DNA of 64,000 nt from Octopus vulgaris. Lineage: Eukaryota. The position numbers and the translations under genes were made by a program. Positions 13,772 to 27,919 of this stretch are shown piece after piece (the first letter of the stretch is position 1; every line of letters begins with the position of its first letter). The DNA lies in assembly GCA_951406725.2 (NCBI GenBank), contig OX597830.1, positions 9,672,001 through 9,736,000 of the forward strand, given 5' to 3'. The notes under the pieces were generated by a model. It ran no database searches. It saw only the letters and a list, made by a program, of their open reading frames with translations, and had not been told where the DNA came from.

Positions 13772-13970
13772 TGACCTCGTGTGTACCGTTGGCGATTTTT
13801 TTCCCCCCGTCTTCCCTTCTTTGGATCTTTCCTTTTCCCATGTTTCTGACGAAGAGCTCCGCTCGAAACGTTGAATCCTCCTTCTTTCCTAAGCGTCCAA
13901 TAATACTATATTTGTTCCACGTCCTCGCGTTGTTGTGTTTTCTCTTTGTGTTTTCATGTTTGGATTAACT
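13772..13970 (+). mobile_element. ~200-bp microsatellite-embedded repeat with minimal hammerhead-like motif (family H1)
   Basis: CTGACGA-A-GAGC-TCC-GCTC-GAAA-CG-TT at 13846-13872. Homologous copies at 44643-44852, 45538-45712 (minus) and ~49590-50085. Confidence 0.65.
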
Positions 13971-14146
13971 ATGTATGTATGTATGTATGTATATATATAT
14001 TTGTGAGTATGTATGTATTTCTATGTATATATGAATGTACGTATGTAAGTATGTATGAATGTATGTGTGTATGTATGTATGTATGTATGTATGTATGCAT
14101 GTATGTATGTATGTATGTATGTATGTATGTATGTATGTATGTATGC

Positions 14147-14188
<42 letters not shown>

Positions 14189-14256
14189 GTGTAGATTTGT
14201 ATATTTGGCTTTATGTATGCATTCCCATGCATATAGTTGTATATCTAGACATGGCA

Positions 14257-14303
<47 letters not shown>

Positions 14304-14442
14304 GTACGCACACGTACGTACATATGTATGTACGTATGTGAGTATGTGTGTGTTTATATGTTGTGTATTTCCTATCTCTCTGTCACCCTATCTCTACGTC
14401 TGTGTGTCCACCTTTCTTTCTCTCTTTCTCTCTCTCTCTCTG

Positions 14443-14547
<105 letters not shown>

Positions 14548-14748
14548 TTCTACCCCAATCCCTCCCGTAGGGATCTCTATATTACATCAGCACTCATATT
14601 AATGCTTCCTATCCTTCGTTTGTCACCGTCACCAGCAGTCCGCTGATGACGTCATCAAACTAGGAATCTCGCTAACTATTTTAGCACTGTGTGTACCAGA
14701 AACACAAACTTATAATTCACCTTAATCAATTATAAATAAATTCCTAAT

Positions 14749-15221
14749 AGGCGTAGGAGTGGCTGTGCGGTAAGTAGCTTGCTTACCAACCACATAGTTC
14801 AGTCCCACTGCACATGTGTGTGTTATGGGGTAATATTAAAAAGGATGAGCGTGAAATGTAACTCCTTTTATTTCATATCAACCCTGTGGGCAAGCGTCTT
14901 CAAACTATAGCCTCGGGCCCCCCATAGCCTTGAGATGGATTTGGTAGACGGATACTGAAAGAAGCCTGTCATATATATGTATGTATATGTGCGTGTGTAT
15001 GTATGTTTATGTGTCTGTGTTTGTCCCCCCAACATCGCTTGACAACCAATGCTGGTGTGTTTATGTCCTTACTTAGCGGTTCGGCAAAAGAGACCCATAG
15101 AATAAGTACTAGGCTTACAAAGAAAAAGCCCTGCAGTCGATTTGCTCGACTAAAGGCGGTGCTCCAGCATGGCCACAGTCAAATGACTGAAACACGTAAA
15201 AGAGTAAAGAGTGAAAAGAGA
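14749..15221 (+). mobile_element. SINE family A carrying a 76-bp foreign insertion
   Basis: Head AGGCGTAGGAGTGGCTGTG through the tail; 14814-14889 matches 12943-13018. Confidence 0.85.
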
Positions 15222-15320
15222 ATGTTTGATGTATTTTAGACGATGATATAAAACTATTGCTTCCACAGGAGCAATAATGTTTCCAGATCAAGTCTTTCTA
15301 TGAAACCATAACTGAACTTT

Positions 15321-15708
15321 TGAACTGATTCTGTTCTCAGGAAAATAAAATTAACCACTTATTAAAACTCATATTTAAAGTAGCGATGCTCAACCATTTT
15401 TTTCTATGGACACTTGTGATTTCAATTTCATTTTGGCGGAGCCTCATAGCCATTCGATGTGTAAAAATTACTTTTATAGATACTTTTTTCAGAATTCCTA
15501 TTTCATTTATCACGCATTCGTATGTCTAGCTTGAAGTACGTAAACTATTAGAGAAAGGGACTGAGCTGTTCCTTACACAAATACATCTAAATCATTATTC
15601 CATGGATTCTCAACATACCACTGTGTATCCTCAATTTACTATTTTGCCTGGCTGTTCCCTTCAAATCTTTTATGGACCACAAAGTGACATATGGACCCCA
15701 GTTGAGAA
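15321..15708. mobile_element. Possible decayed hAT-type MITE
   Basis: Ends ...CTCAACC and ...GTTGAGAA with repeated ATGGAC(C) subterminal motifs; no clear TSD. Confidence 0.35.
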
Positions 15709-15754
15709 ATTAAATAAGGGATCGAGAAATTCCGCTACAGGGGTCAGTCAAATA

Positions 15755-15834
15755 TAGACGTCAAATCACCATTACCACGAAGAATGTATTTTCAAGAGAA
15801 CACATTCTTCGTGGTAATGGCAATTTGACGTCTA
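15755..15834. repeat. Inverted repeat, 33-bp arms, 14-nt spacer
   Basis: TAGACGTCAAATCACCATTACCACGAAGAATGT / ACATTCTTCGTGGTAATGGCAATTTGACGTCTA. Confidence 0.9.
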
Positions 15835-15896
15835 CGTTTAGCATATTAGGTGTCCACTTTAGTGGTCATTCCTTTTAATATATATATATATATATC

Positions 15897-16072
15897 TTAT
15901 AGTTAAGGGCTACTGGAAATGATCATCGCCAATGCTAGAAGTAGATGTCAAATACCTACAATCCACTCTAAAATTTGTGCTCTATTTTTAACAACATTTA
16001 GAGTGGGTTGTAGGTATTTGACTTCTACTTCTGGCATTGGCGACGGTCATTTCCAGTAGCCCTTATCTATAA
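15897..16072. repeat. Inverted repeat, ~76-bp arms, 24-nt spacer
   Basis: 15897-15972 is the reverse complement of 15997-16072 with about 6 differences. Confidence 0.9.
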
Positions 16073-16252
16073 TTATATTTTTATAATTATATACGAAAAG
16101 AATTAATGTCACCTATACGGTCATTTTTATGTGCTAGGCCACTGATATAATCATTTTTGAGATTATATCCTTATCTAATAAGTATATATATACACACACA
16201 CAAACACGCACACACAAACTGTTGTGTGTATGTGTGTGTGTGTGCGTGTGTG

Positions 16253-16314
<62 letters not shown>

Positions 16315-16640
16315 AACATATATATATATATACACACACGCACACATACACACACACACAAATATATACAATGTGCTTCCACGTAGTTTCCGTCTACTAA
16401 ATTCCGTTACAAGTCATTTGGTCATTCCTCGGCCCAGGATTTAAAGGTATTTGCACGGAAAAAGACGGATAACTTTAACTTTCCGCAACTTCTTTTCGCG
16501 CAAGGCCGAAGGCTTTTAATCCCAATATATTTAGAATAATTCTATAATCCATTGTATCATGAAGTTCTATCAATCCAAACTGGTGTTCACCCTGTTTATA
16601 GACATTTGTTAATAGTAGACTTATTTGCATTATAAATGGT

Positions 16641-17092
16641 TACTCTTTACTCTTTACTCTTTTACTCTTTGCTCTTTTACTCTTTACTCTTTTACTTGTT
16701 TCAGTCATTTGACTGCGGCCATGCTGGAGCACCGCCTTTAGTCGAGCAAATCGACCCCGGGACTTATTCTTTGTAAGCCCAGTACTTATTCTATCGGTCT
16801 GTTTTGCCGAACCGCTAAGTGACGGGGACGTAAACACACCAGCATCGGTTGTCAAGCAATGCTAGGGGAACACACAACACAGACATACAAACATATACAC
16901 ACACACACTTATATATATACACATATATACGACAGGCTTCTTTCAGTTTCCGTCTACCAAATCCACTCACAAGGCATTGGTCGGCCCGGGGCTATAGCAA
17001 AAGACACTTGCCCAAGATGCCACGCAGTGGGACTGAACCCGGAACCATGTGGTTGATTAGTAAGCTACTTACCACACAGCCATTCCTGTGGC
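16641..17092 (-). mobile_element. SINE family A, young copy
   Basis: Near-identical to 25474-25876, with an expanded (TACTCTT)n tail. Confidence 0.9.
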
Positions 17093-17605
17093 TATTGTAG
17101 ATGAGGAAAAAGACTGTAGGGTTTCTGAGACATATCATTCAGGGTAGAAGATTTCTGAACCAACCGACAACACGCCACCATATAGTTCTTTAACGGTTCT
17201 TGAATTTAAGAATTTGGTGAGAAAGGCATGTTGAATACATTTCTGCACAGCACCAATGCCACTGAATAGCTGCTTTACACAAAAGCCAGCATTCAAAGAG
17301 AAGCAACGACATTCCTGAAGTTGACTGCGAACTTTAAAAATGTTCAGGGTATGCCAGTCTCAATGATGTCATCATTCATCGTGTTTTAGCATCTTTGTAT
17401 TTTCCAGTCTCATGAGAACTGAAGATTCTAGAAGGAAATGGCAAACCGATTTTGTTTCGTCACTGCAATTCTACACAATTCGCCATTGCATACCCAGTCA
17501 CCAGCATATATCTCCAGGACATATATACACATACACACATAATGCATGCGTTGATATCTATAAAACCAAATAACCACATACATATATAAATGTACATATA
17601 CATAT

Positions 17606-17656
<51 letters not shown>

Positions 17657-17875
17657 AAATATACGAAGGAATGCAATCATTCGTGTTTATATAAATTCCC
17701 GTACACGCACACACACATGCGTTCATATATAATTATACACATACACCATAAAATGACAAAACAAAGACTAGCTAATATAACTTGATATATATATACGTAT
17801 ATATATACATGTATATATATGTGTGTATATATATATATATATATACATATATAATTAAATTCACAATAATGTAAA

Positions 17876-17920
<45 letters not shown>

Positions 17921-18394
17921 AGGATATATATATACACATATATACATACACACACATACAGACACACACATACACAAACACGCATATATATATATATGTT
18001 AACAATTTAATAAATAAAACATATGCATACATACATACTTAGATGTGTCATACCTACATCTATATGTATATATACATGCATATATGAGTACAGGACACCA
18101 CAAATAAACGTAGAACACAACGAGAAACGAAAACATAAAACCAAACAAGGAAATGGACTTTTTTTAACAACGAAAAAACAGAGTACAAGACAACCAACGC
18201 AAGGAACATTCCCCTTCTTCAGCTGCCCCTGTTTTGACTCAATGCTACATATGTATATGTACTTCTCACTCATAGTATTATCGAACCGGGAGTCTAACTA
18301 CGCTCCTTCCGTAGCACTTATATAGCCTTACCTGCCATTTCGGGTCTTCTGGATACCAAAATCTCTCATTTTATATACGAGATAATCCACTTCA

Positions 18395-18656
18395 GAGAAG
18401 AGGATGCCCTGAAATTCCCATACGCCCTTCCAACATCAGAGACCTGGGAGTAATTGTGGACAACAAAATAAGCTTCGCCGCTCATATAAACAGCAAAGTT
18501 TACATGGGCCAGAGAATGTGTTCCTGGATTCTCAGAACTTTCCAGTCAAGAGATATCCACACCATTATCTTTCTCTTCTCTACTTTTGTCCGACCCCACC
18601 TTGAATACTGTTGTCCACTGTGGTCTCTCCACACGAAACAAAGTTTAAATGTGTAT

Positions 18657-18734
<78 letters not shown>

Positions 18735-19322
18735 TGTGTGTATGAGAGAGAGAGAGAGGGTGTGTGTGTGCGCTTGCTTGCATGCGTGAGTTTTTTCTGC
18801 CTGAATTTATTCCACACCACCGCAACTTCCAAGGTCAATTATAAAAAAGATAAATGGCATGACAGGCCTTGATTATTGGGGGTCGACTTGAAAAGCTCAA
18901 GCTTTATTCACTCCAATGCTGCTGTGAGCGCTACATCATCTGCAAGATGTGGAAAATATTCCCTCAGCATTGCCCAAATGATGTTGGTACCACCTTTAAA
19001 ATCTACTCAAGAGTTGGACCCCGTGCTATCCACCCACGACATAAATCATACTCGTATCACATAGCAACAATATGGAACGATTACTTCACCTCAATTGGCC
19101 CCGATGTCTTTAACATTACACCATCTCACATCAAAGCAGAAACAGACAACATAATGTTCAAGAAGTCTTTGAACAAATTTTTTCAAGAAATCACAAATAA
19201 ACCTCCTACACCCGGATATGTCTCCGTAAACAGTAACTCTGTCCTCGATTGGGTCATGTTTTCAGATTCTTGATTTGAATGACTTTGTCGGGTGGTGCTA
19301 ACACTGGCCGAAGTCTATCAAA
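18395..19322 (+). mobile_element. CR1-like LINE 3' fragment interrupted by a (TG)n-containing insertion
   Basis: IRDLGVIVDNKISF..WILRTF..FVRPHLEYCCPLWS, then YWGRLEKLKLYSLQ..ERY..FKKSLNKF..SNSVLDW: post-RT motifs typical of CR1-group ORF2. Confidence 0.75.
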
Positions 19323-19338
19323 GTATACATACATATAG

Positions 19339-19374
<36 letters not shown>

Positions 19375-19377
19375 GTG

Positions 19378-19695
19378 TGTGTGGCCTAGTGGTTAGGACA
19401 TTCGACTCACAGTCATGAGGTCGTGAGTTCGATTCCCGGCAGCACTTCGTGTCCTTGAGCAAGACATTTTATTTTGTTTCTCCAGTTGTCTGTCCGTGCA
19501 AGAGCAGTTGTGCATGTAATTCAAACTGTCAGCCTTGTCATATTCTGTTTCACACTGAATCTTCCTGAGAACTGCTTGAAGGTTACGCGTGTCTGCAGAA
19601 TGCTAACCCACCCGTACGTTGATTTCACGAGCAGTGTCTTCTGTTGATGGAACCTACTGGAACCCACGTCGTCGTAAACCGGACAGTGTGCCAGT
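19378..19695 (+). mobile_element. tRNA-derived SINE, family C
   Basis: TGGCCTAGTGGTTAGG (A box), GAGTTCGATTCCC (B box), then GTGTCCTTGAGCAAGAC. Confidence 0.8.
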
Positions 19696-20281
19696 TTATA
19701 TGTGTATGTGTGTGTGTGAGTGAGTGTGTGCGTAAGAGAGAGATTGTGTGTGCGTGCGTGTGCATGGCTGAGTTTTTCTTCCTGAATTTATCCCACACCA
19801 CCGTATCACATTCGGTGTGATTGCGTCTCTGTAACTTAGCGGTTCGGCAAAAAGCAAGTCGGGTGGAAACAGTACCAAATTTTCGAAAACTTCAGTGGGG
19901 TCAATTCATACGACTCGAAATCCATCAAGACAGTGCTCCAGCATGGCCGCAATTTTTTTGATAAAAACAAGTAAACTACAAAATATAAAAGGTATAAATT
20001 AGCATATATCTGTATATATCTACATACAAATACAGACACACACATATATACATACACATAGATATAACTAACACACACACATATACACACACACACGCAC
20101 GCACACACACAGACATATGACATATGTATATTATATATGTGTCCTTGCGCGGTAATAGCTGTGGGAAAATTTCAATGTCTGTGTATAACTGATGTATGTG
20201 TAGATTCAGATATATGTGTGTTCGTATATATACATATATGTATATAAATATACGTACATACGTATGTATAGATACATATGT

Positions 20282-20338
<57 letters not shown>

Positions 20339-20385
20339 ACTATGTAAATGTGTGTGTAATTATGTATAAGTTCAGATATTGTGTG

Positions 20386-20426
<41 letters not shown>

Positions 20427-20673
20427 GTGTGTGTGTGCGTGTGTGTGTGTGTATGTGTATGTGAATAAGTGCAATCCCAAATAATGTGTATGCACATATC
20501 AAGTTGTAGCAAGATGTATATTCCGGTTTCTAGATTCTGTAAAAAAACAGAGAACTATTGTTCGGCCGTGTAATCTCATACTCTATAAAGAAATCACACC
20601 ACCCTCCATCTCTCCATATAACCCTCTCTCTCTTTCTCTCTCTCTGATCACTCTTTATCTTTCTCTCTCTCTC

Positions 20674-20726
<53 letters not shown>

Positions 20727-21071
20727 AAAGATATTAAACACATTTGGGATCAAATTTAGCGGGGCTTTTTAGTTACCCTCTTCTTTTTCCCTTTTCTCTT
20801 TCATTTTTCGTTATTATTTCGCCACCCCTCACACTGCCCTCACACCTCCACCTTCACCTCTTCCAGATTTTGAAATTTCCTTCAATTCTAAAAATGTTCT
20901 TTCTTGTTTTTTTTTAATTCTTTTTTTGTCGTATTATCTTTGATTTTGTATTCATCTTATTTGTCTTTGGAACGTTTTTTTAAAAAATTTATTTATGTTT
21001 GGTTTTCCCGCTTCGTATAGTTTTACTATTTTTCTTGCCTAGAAAGTGAGATAGGCATCCTTTTGGGGGTT

Positions 21072-21145
<74 letters not shown>

Positions 21146-21317
21146 TAGATAGATAGATATATATATATGTTTATATATATATCTTCATAAATAGTTAGAT
21201 ATAAGTACATATTTATGTACGTGTATCTGTATCTACTAATTTATATATATGTATATAAAGATGCATATGTACATACATATATATATACATATATATATAT
21301 ATATATTAATATATATG

Positions 21318-21354
<37 letters not shown>

Positions 21355-21927
21355 ATATATGTAAGTATATATATATTTATATATATATATATCATATAGT
21401 AGAACATACATATACATATATATGCATAGATCCAACTACACATTTATGTGTGTGCCTATATATATATCCATATATATATACATGAAATATTTATACATGA
21501 ACGTATGTATGTATGTACAGTACGTTTATGTGTATATGCCCATGTAGTCAGATAAATGTCTATAGATTCTAGCATGGCTAGTTCTCTGATATCGCCAGCT
21601 GGGTGTGTCGCATTGCATGAAACAACGCTTCTCTGTTAGAGCGGACTTTAAGGGTTTCGGGTTGCTCATTTGCCTGTCATTACGGATATGATGTGTGTGT
21701 TTTAATGATAGGACTTAAAGGGTCAGGGAGTAGAGGTGAATACTAAATACGGGTACACGGGTGGGTGGGCAAGAAGCAGAGTGCTCTTCTAGCAACTGGT
21801 TATAGAGGTGATGATTGCTGCTCCTATATCCACGTGTGTGTATACACACACAAACGCACACACACATACACACACACACACATATATATATACATATATA
21901 CATATATACATATATATACATAGTTAC

Positions 21928-21989
<62 letters not shown>

Positions 21990-22482
21990 GCTTACTGTAA
22001 AACAGGCAGGGACATCAGGAGATGAGTGTGGGAAAAGTGACATTGTGACATGAGATACAGCTATGTCTTACTTGTAGATATCTCCGTTATACACACACAC
22101 ACACACACAGATACACATATATATGCACATACATGGGAAGAGAGAGAGAGAGAGAAAGAGGGTTGGAGGAGACTGGGAGAAAAGGCGATAGTGAGAGAGA
22201 GAGAGAGAAAGACAGACCGACAGAATGAATACCAGACTTGCCTTAATCAGGCATCGGAGTCGATTGTTTTCGACCAAACCCTCAAAACAGTGTCCCACCA
22301 TGGCTGCAGTCCAATGACTGCAACAAGTAAAGCGTACAAGATAGAAAAATAAGAGATATGGAGACATACATACACACGCACGCGCAAACACACATACATA
22401 CACAGACATGCACAGAGGCATGCACAGACGCAGAATAATGCATATATTGATAGATACATACATATATACATACATACATGCA

Positions 22483-22535
<53 letters not shown>

Positions 22536-22867
22536 CTGCATATACCTATATATATTTATATATATAGATAGATATATACATATACATATATATATACATA
22601 TATATATGTATATATATGTATATATATGTATATGTATATATCTATCTATCTATATATATAAATATATATATATACACATATATACATATGTATAGGTGTA
22701 TGCAGTAATTTCATCAATTTTAATTGATTTAATTACATAATATTTAATTGCATAATAATAGAGTAAACTTTATGAGATCGATTTTCCGTAATCAACGAAA
22801 AACAAAAAAAAAATGCATTTTCGCACTTCACACGTCTTGGTTATAATTACCTACCTACCTACTTACC

Positions 22868-22903
<36 letters not shown>

Positions 22904-23129
22904 TACGCGCAGACACACACACACACACACGCATATATATATAGCTATCTATCTATGTATCTAATATATGTGTGTGTGTGTGTGTGTACGTGTGTGTATG
23001 TGTGCGTGCGTTAAAAAGCATTCGTGAAGTAAAATCACGTAGCAACACCAAATGGCGGTGCCCCAGCATGACCACAGCTTGTGAACTGAAACTAAATAAA
23101 ATAAAATAAAATAAAAATAAATATATATA

Positions 23130-24180
23130 TAGGGTGGGGAAGAAAGGGCGGACGCTTTTGAAAAATTCAGAAAATCATTAATTCTAGATGCAAACAAATT
23201 TTAGTGACATTAATGTTTTTGTATTAAATTAGCATTTATCAAAATGACGTGTGGTAAACAACATCCATCATGTGGTGTCGGTTTTCATTGATACATTTCT
23301 GAAGGCGCCCTCCGAAGCTGGCCTCCATTTTATCCAGCATTACGCTGTCGAGTTGGGTGACTTCGATGCGAATAACTTCATTCAACTCGTCCAATGTACG
23401 GGGCTTATGCGCATACACATATGCCTTGAAGTTTCCTCACAAGAAATAATCAACCATGGACGAATCAGTGGCCCGAGGGGGCCTAGGTGAAGAATGTCCA
23501 TTGATGCTCTGGTTGTGTAGGCCGTCGCCATATTCTACGGAAACCACACACGTGGAATAGACACAAGTTTTCGCCGAAATTCACACACAAAGAAGTTGTT
23601 TATCATCTCGATGTAAACTCCGTGTTCACGGTAACAGCATTTCCATTATTGTCTTCAAAGAAGTAAGGACCAGTGACGGCAGCTTATCTAACAGCACGCC
23701 AGACCGTCAATTTTAGGCTGTGTAGCTTCTTTCATGCAGTTCTCTTGGATTTCAAGAGCCTAATAACGACAGTTCTGTTGATTCATCTTGTCATTGAAGA
23801 AAATGAGGTTGTCATTTGCCTCTAAAATTGCTTCCATCTGACGTGCGAAGTTTCGCCGCTGTGCATAGTTCCATGGTTTCAACTGTTGCCCAATGACCAA
23901 TTTGTACGGGTGGAAATGCAGCTCTTCATGCAGATTAAGTTACGGGTGGGAACAGTCTGACTGAATATTACAGTGGCGCAGAAAATCACCCTGAACTGCT
24001 GTGACAGATTCGTTACAGGCAAACACCCGATGCTCTGTTGTCCAGAAAGTCATGGCTTCACCTGAAAAGAGAAGCAAAATGCTAAGACACCACGGACGAA
24101 ATGGTACCTGTTGGATCTATGTCACTCTCCTGGGGCTGAGTAATAGCCACTTCACAAACGTCTATTCTCTCTGCCCCACC

Positions 24181-24183
<3 letters not shown>
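23130..24183 (-). mobile_element. Decayed Tc1/mariner transposon
   Basis: Imperfect TIRs (C/T)AGGGTGGGG(C/A)AGA.AG in TA context. Minus-strand remnants LHFHPYKL..QQLK, NQQNCRY, LHSLKLTVW, GPYFFED and RVWF. Confidence 0.75.
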
Positions 24184-24222
<39 letters not shown>

Positions 24223-24226
24223 TATG

Positions 24227-24257
<31 letters not shown>

Positions 24258-24376
24258 CCTTGTTTCTCTCCTTGTTTTTTCTGTGTCCCTTTCTGTTGAA
24301 GAGCGTTATACTAATGCATCTGTTTGTTTTGCACACCACCTGTCTTCGTCTTTTGTTTTTTCGTAAACTTTCCCTA

Positions 24377-24433
<57 letters not shown>

Positions 24434-24436
24434 TAT

Positions 24437-24476
<40 letters not shown>

Positions 24477-24479
<3 letters not shown>

Positions 24480-24745
24480 AGGTATGATCAACAAGTTTGC
24501 GGACTGTTGGCATAGTAACGAAGCTAAAGCACGCAGAGTGAAGCCGCTTGGTAATTGTAGACCTCGAACTCTGCTGTGCATGCGCACTAAATTTTAACGT
24601 TCTAGCTCACTTCCGCTATTTACAGCAGTGCTTCGAACAAACGTGTGTAGCGTGTGTAGCGTGTGTAGCGTGTGATCGTCGCATTGACCATGACAGAGTA
24701 AGTTGTCATGGCGGTACCTGTTCAGAGGCTTATGCAAAGTAGCAG
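24477..24745 (+). mobile_element. Possible mariner-like terminal fragment
   Basis: Begins CGAGGTATGATCAACAAGTTTGCGGACT, resembling mariner TIRs. No partner TIR found. Confidence 0.3.
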
Positions 24746-24786
24746 AAAGTGTATGGAGACAGACAGATTGGTAGATAGATAGGTAG

Positions 24787-24822
<36 letters not shown>

Positions 24823-24833
24823 GAGAGAGATAG

Positions 24834-24964
<131 letters not shown>

Positions 24965-25473
24965 GACAGAGATACAATGGGCTTCTTTCAGTCTCCATCT
25001 ACCAAATCCCCTTAGAAGGCTTTAGTCTGGTCGGGACCATGGTGGAAGACATTTGCCCAAGCTGCCATGTAGTGGGAATGAACTCGGAACCTTGCGGATG
25101 GGAAGCAAATTTGTACCAAATTCACCCACAAGGCATTGGTCGGCCCGAGGCTATAGTAAAAGACACTTGCCCAAGGTGGCACGCAGTGGGACTGAACCCA
25201 GAACCAAGCTACTTACCGCACAAGCTACTTACGGAGTGGGAGAGAGTGGATAAAAGAAAAGATAGGGAAAGAAGAACGGACAGAAAGAGAGAAAAGCCAG
25301 GAAAATAAACCGATAATTATTAATAAATAGCCATAAATTGCTGGGAAGTTTATTTCAATTATATTTTTAAAACGATTAATCTGTTTGACTGTGCGTTTAA
25401 GTTTCGCTAATCTTCAGGCAAGCATAAGTTGATTTCACAGGGGGTCATAATCCCCACCCCCCAAACTCACACA

Positions 25474-25876
25474 CTCTCTTTACTCTTTTTACTCTTTTAC
25501 TTGCGGCCATGCTGGAGCACCGCCTTTAGTCGAGCAAATCGACCCCGGGACTTATTCTTTGTAAGCCCAGTACTTATTCTATCGGTCTCTTTTGCCGAAC
25601 CGCTAATGACGGGGACGTAAACACACCAGCATCGGTTGTCAAGCAATGCTAGGGGTACAAACACAGACACACAAACATATATACACACACACATATATAT
25701 ATACATATATACGACAGGCTTCTTTCAGTTTCCGTCTACCAAATCCACTCACAAGGCATTGGTCGGCCCGGGGCTATAGCAGAAGACACTTGCCCAAGAT
25801 GCCACGCAGTGGGACTGAACCCGGAACCATGTGGTTGGTAAGCAAGCTACTTACCACACAGCCACTCCTGCGCCTA
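25474..25876 (-). mobile_element. SINE family A, young full-length copy
   Basis: Complete head AGGCGCAGGAGTGGCTGTGTGG through a partly deleted tail. Confidence 0.9.
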
Positions 25877-26171
25877 TGGTTGTCTGTTTAAGCATCAACG
25901 TCTCCAAAGTAAGTAGACGCTCTCAGTTTTGAAACATTTCTAAGAACCTAAGTAATTGTCATTTGGTGTATTTGAATTATTAATCCAGTATTTAGCGGCC
26001 ATGCCTTCTGCAGTCTTTAAAGATTTCATCGTTTTGTGCATTGTTCTAATGAGTAGAGTTCACACTCATAAAATGGTATAATAAACGGTGCCTATTTACT
26101 TTCGAGATATGTGTGTAAATATACACACACATATATACATAAGTATATGTATAAATATATAAATATGTATG

Positions 26172-26203
<32 letters not shown>

Positions 26204-26205
26204 CG

Positions 26206-26263
<58 letters not shown>

Positions 26264-26510
26264 GAGTGTGTTTGTGTATGTGTGTGTGTCTGTATATATA
26301 TATACACGCACATGCGAATATATTTACACTGCTTGTGCTAAGATTGTAATTGGATACGTTGAGAGAAAAGCGATGCTTTCTTATTCGTTCTTTATGTTTT
26401 AAACACCAGGGGACCTAAATACAGTTAAATTTGGGACTGTGGGGTAATTAACAGATGTAATTGCCATGGTTATGGTTAAACGATTCTAAATATTCAGGTT
26501 ACAAGGCTAC

Positions 26511-26557
<47 letters not shown>

Positions 26558-26899
26558 AAAATCTTGCTCAGACATTTGCGTATGTGTGTATAAATACATA
26601 TTTTTTAAATAGTGAAACATGAAATAGAAAAATTTATAAGCAATACCGTGTAAATATTGGGTCAAAACCCTTTTTAATGGAACATCAGAAGGCTACTCAT
26701 GGTATTTGAAGTCATATTCTTTGTAAACATGACAGACATTCTACCATTATACCAAATCAATAATACATCGAATTTCTCCAAATGTTCGTATAAGCCTTCA
26801 ATTTTTTCCATCCCAGGGAATTTTGTAACCAATAGTCTCAAGGCCATTTTCTTTTATTGCAGTATCTACTTTAAATTCTACAGTAAAAAATAGCACTTT

Positions 26900-27810
26900 A
26901 GCTCTTTAACTAGTTTCAGCTCGGGAGCTGCGGCCATGCTGGGGCACCAGCGTTGGATTTTGCTACGCCTTTACTATTTGAAACCTCATCTGATATGTGG
27001 TATTTGGTGAATGAGGGAGTTTGATGCTTCTGCCCTCATCTGTGTTTCCTGCGGTGAAGTACGGTCATCCGGAATCCTTGACAGGAAGGGATCCAGTTTT
27101 GTTTTGAAGACATCGACATCCACACCACGCAGGTCTCTCAGGCATTTTGGGCCCTTGAATATCAAGCCGTTGCAATATCTGGTCCAGTAGCTTGATGGCG
27201 ATGTTGAATTCTTTGATACTATTCAATGAAACCCGGTTCTGCTGTTTGTGTAACTTTCAATGAGAAAGTTTGATACAGGTCTTTCAGATATATATTACTG
27301 CATACCTTTCTCGCCTTCGTTCTGGGCAGTAGAGTCTTAAGTTTTTAGCCTTTCTCAGTAGCTGACACGTTGCATTAAGACGATTGTCTTTGTATAGCTT
27401 CGAGTTCCGCCATTAATTTTATACTATGGTGATAATAGTTGGGAGCAGTGACCTACGCGGCTGAGAACATAGGTCCCCCAGAGCACCATCATGATTTACT
27501 GTTCTCTTGTTCTGAAAATTCGGAGGATCTATCCGACAACGCGTCTGCACTTTATTACCAAATAAATTTCTTACACCAAGAAAGATACATCATAACATAT
27601 GTCAATGTTCATATCGCGCACGGATTCTGAATCAAGGATTGCAGTCCTTCCTGGGCCAGTGTCCCCTGTCTGCATTTCATTCAACTTTGTGTGCATTTAG
27701 TGCTGCGCTTGAAATTTTCCAGCGTTAAAGTGCACGTTCTCAGCCCACCTGTATATTGCATCCAATATTTCCTAGGTTCTGCGTCCTCTAGAAATCTCTA
27801 AATTCTCATG
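26900..27810 (-). mobile_element. CR1-like LINE 3' fragment including the 3' UTR
   Basis: Minus strand SY.ERLK..LYCPERRRERY and LRDLRGVDVDVFKTKLDPFLSRIPD..ASNSLIHQ, then tail GGTGCCCCAGCATGGCCGCAGCTC..GCTGAAAC. Confidence 0.75.
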
Positions 27811-27919
27811 ACATATATAAGATATACGTACATACACACGCACATACACACACGGGTACGCACGCATACACACACGCGCGCGCTCGTACGCACACTCACA
27901 CACACACACATGGTTCAAA

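Noticed and set aside
18195-18240. GGGGCAG-CTGAAGA (minus strand) and similar GGGGCAG-CTGACGA at ~52032
   Set aside because: No correctly placed GAAA or helices; possibly repeat fragments, but not supportable as ribozymes.
19378-19445. tRNA-like sequences here and at 8170-8237, 30170-30250 and the SINE A/B heads
   Set aside because: A and B boxes are present but there is no complete cloverleaf, and they continue into SINE bodies.
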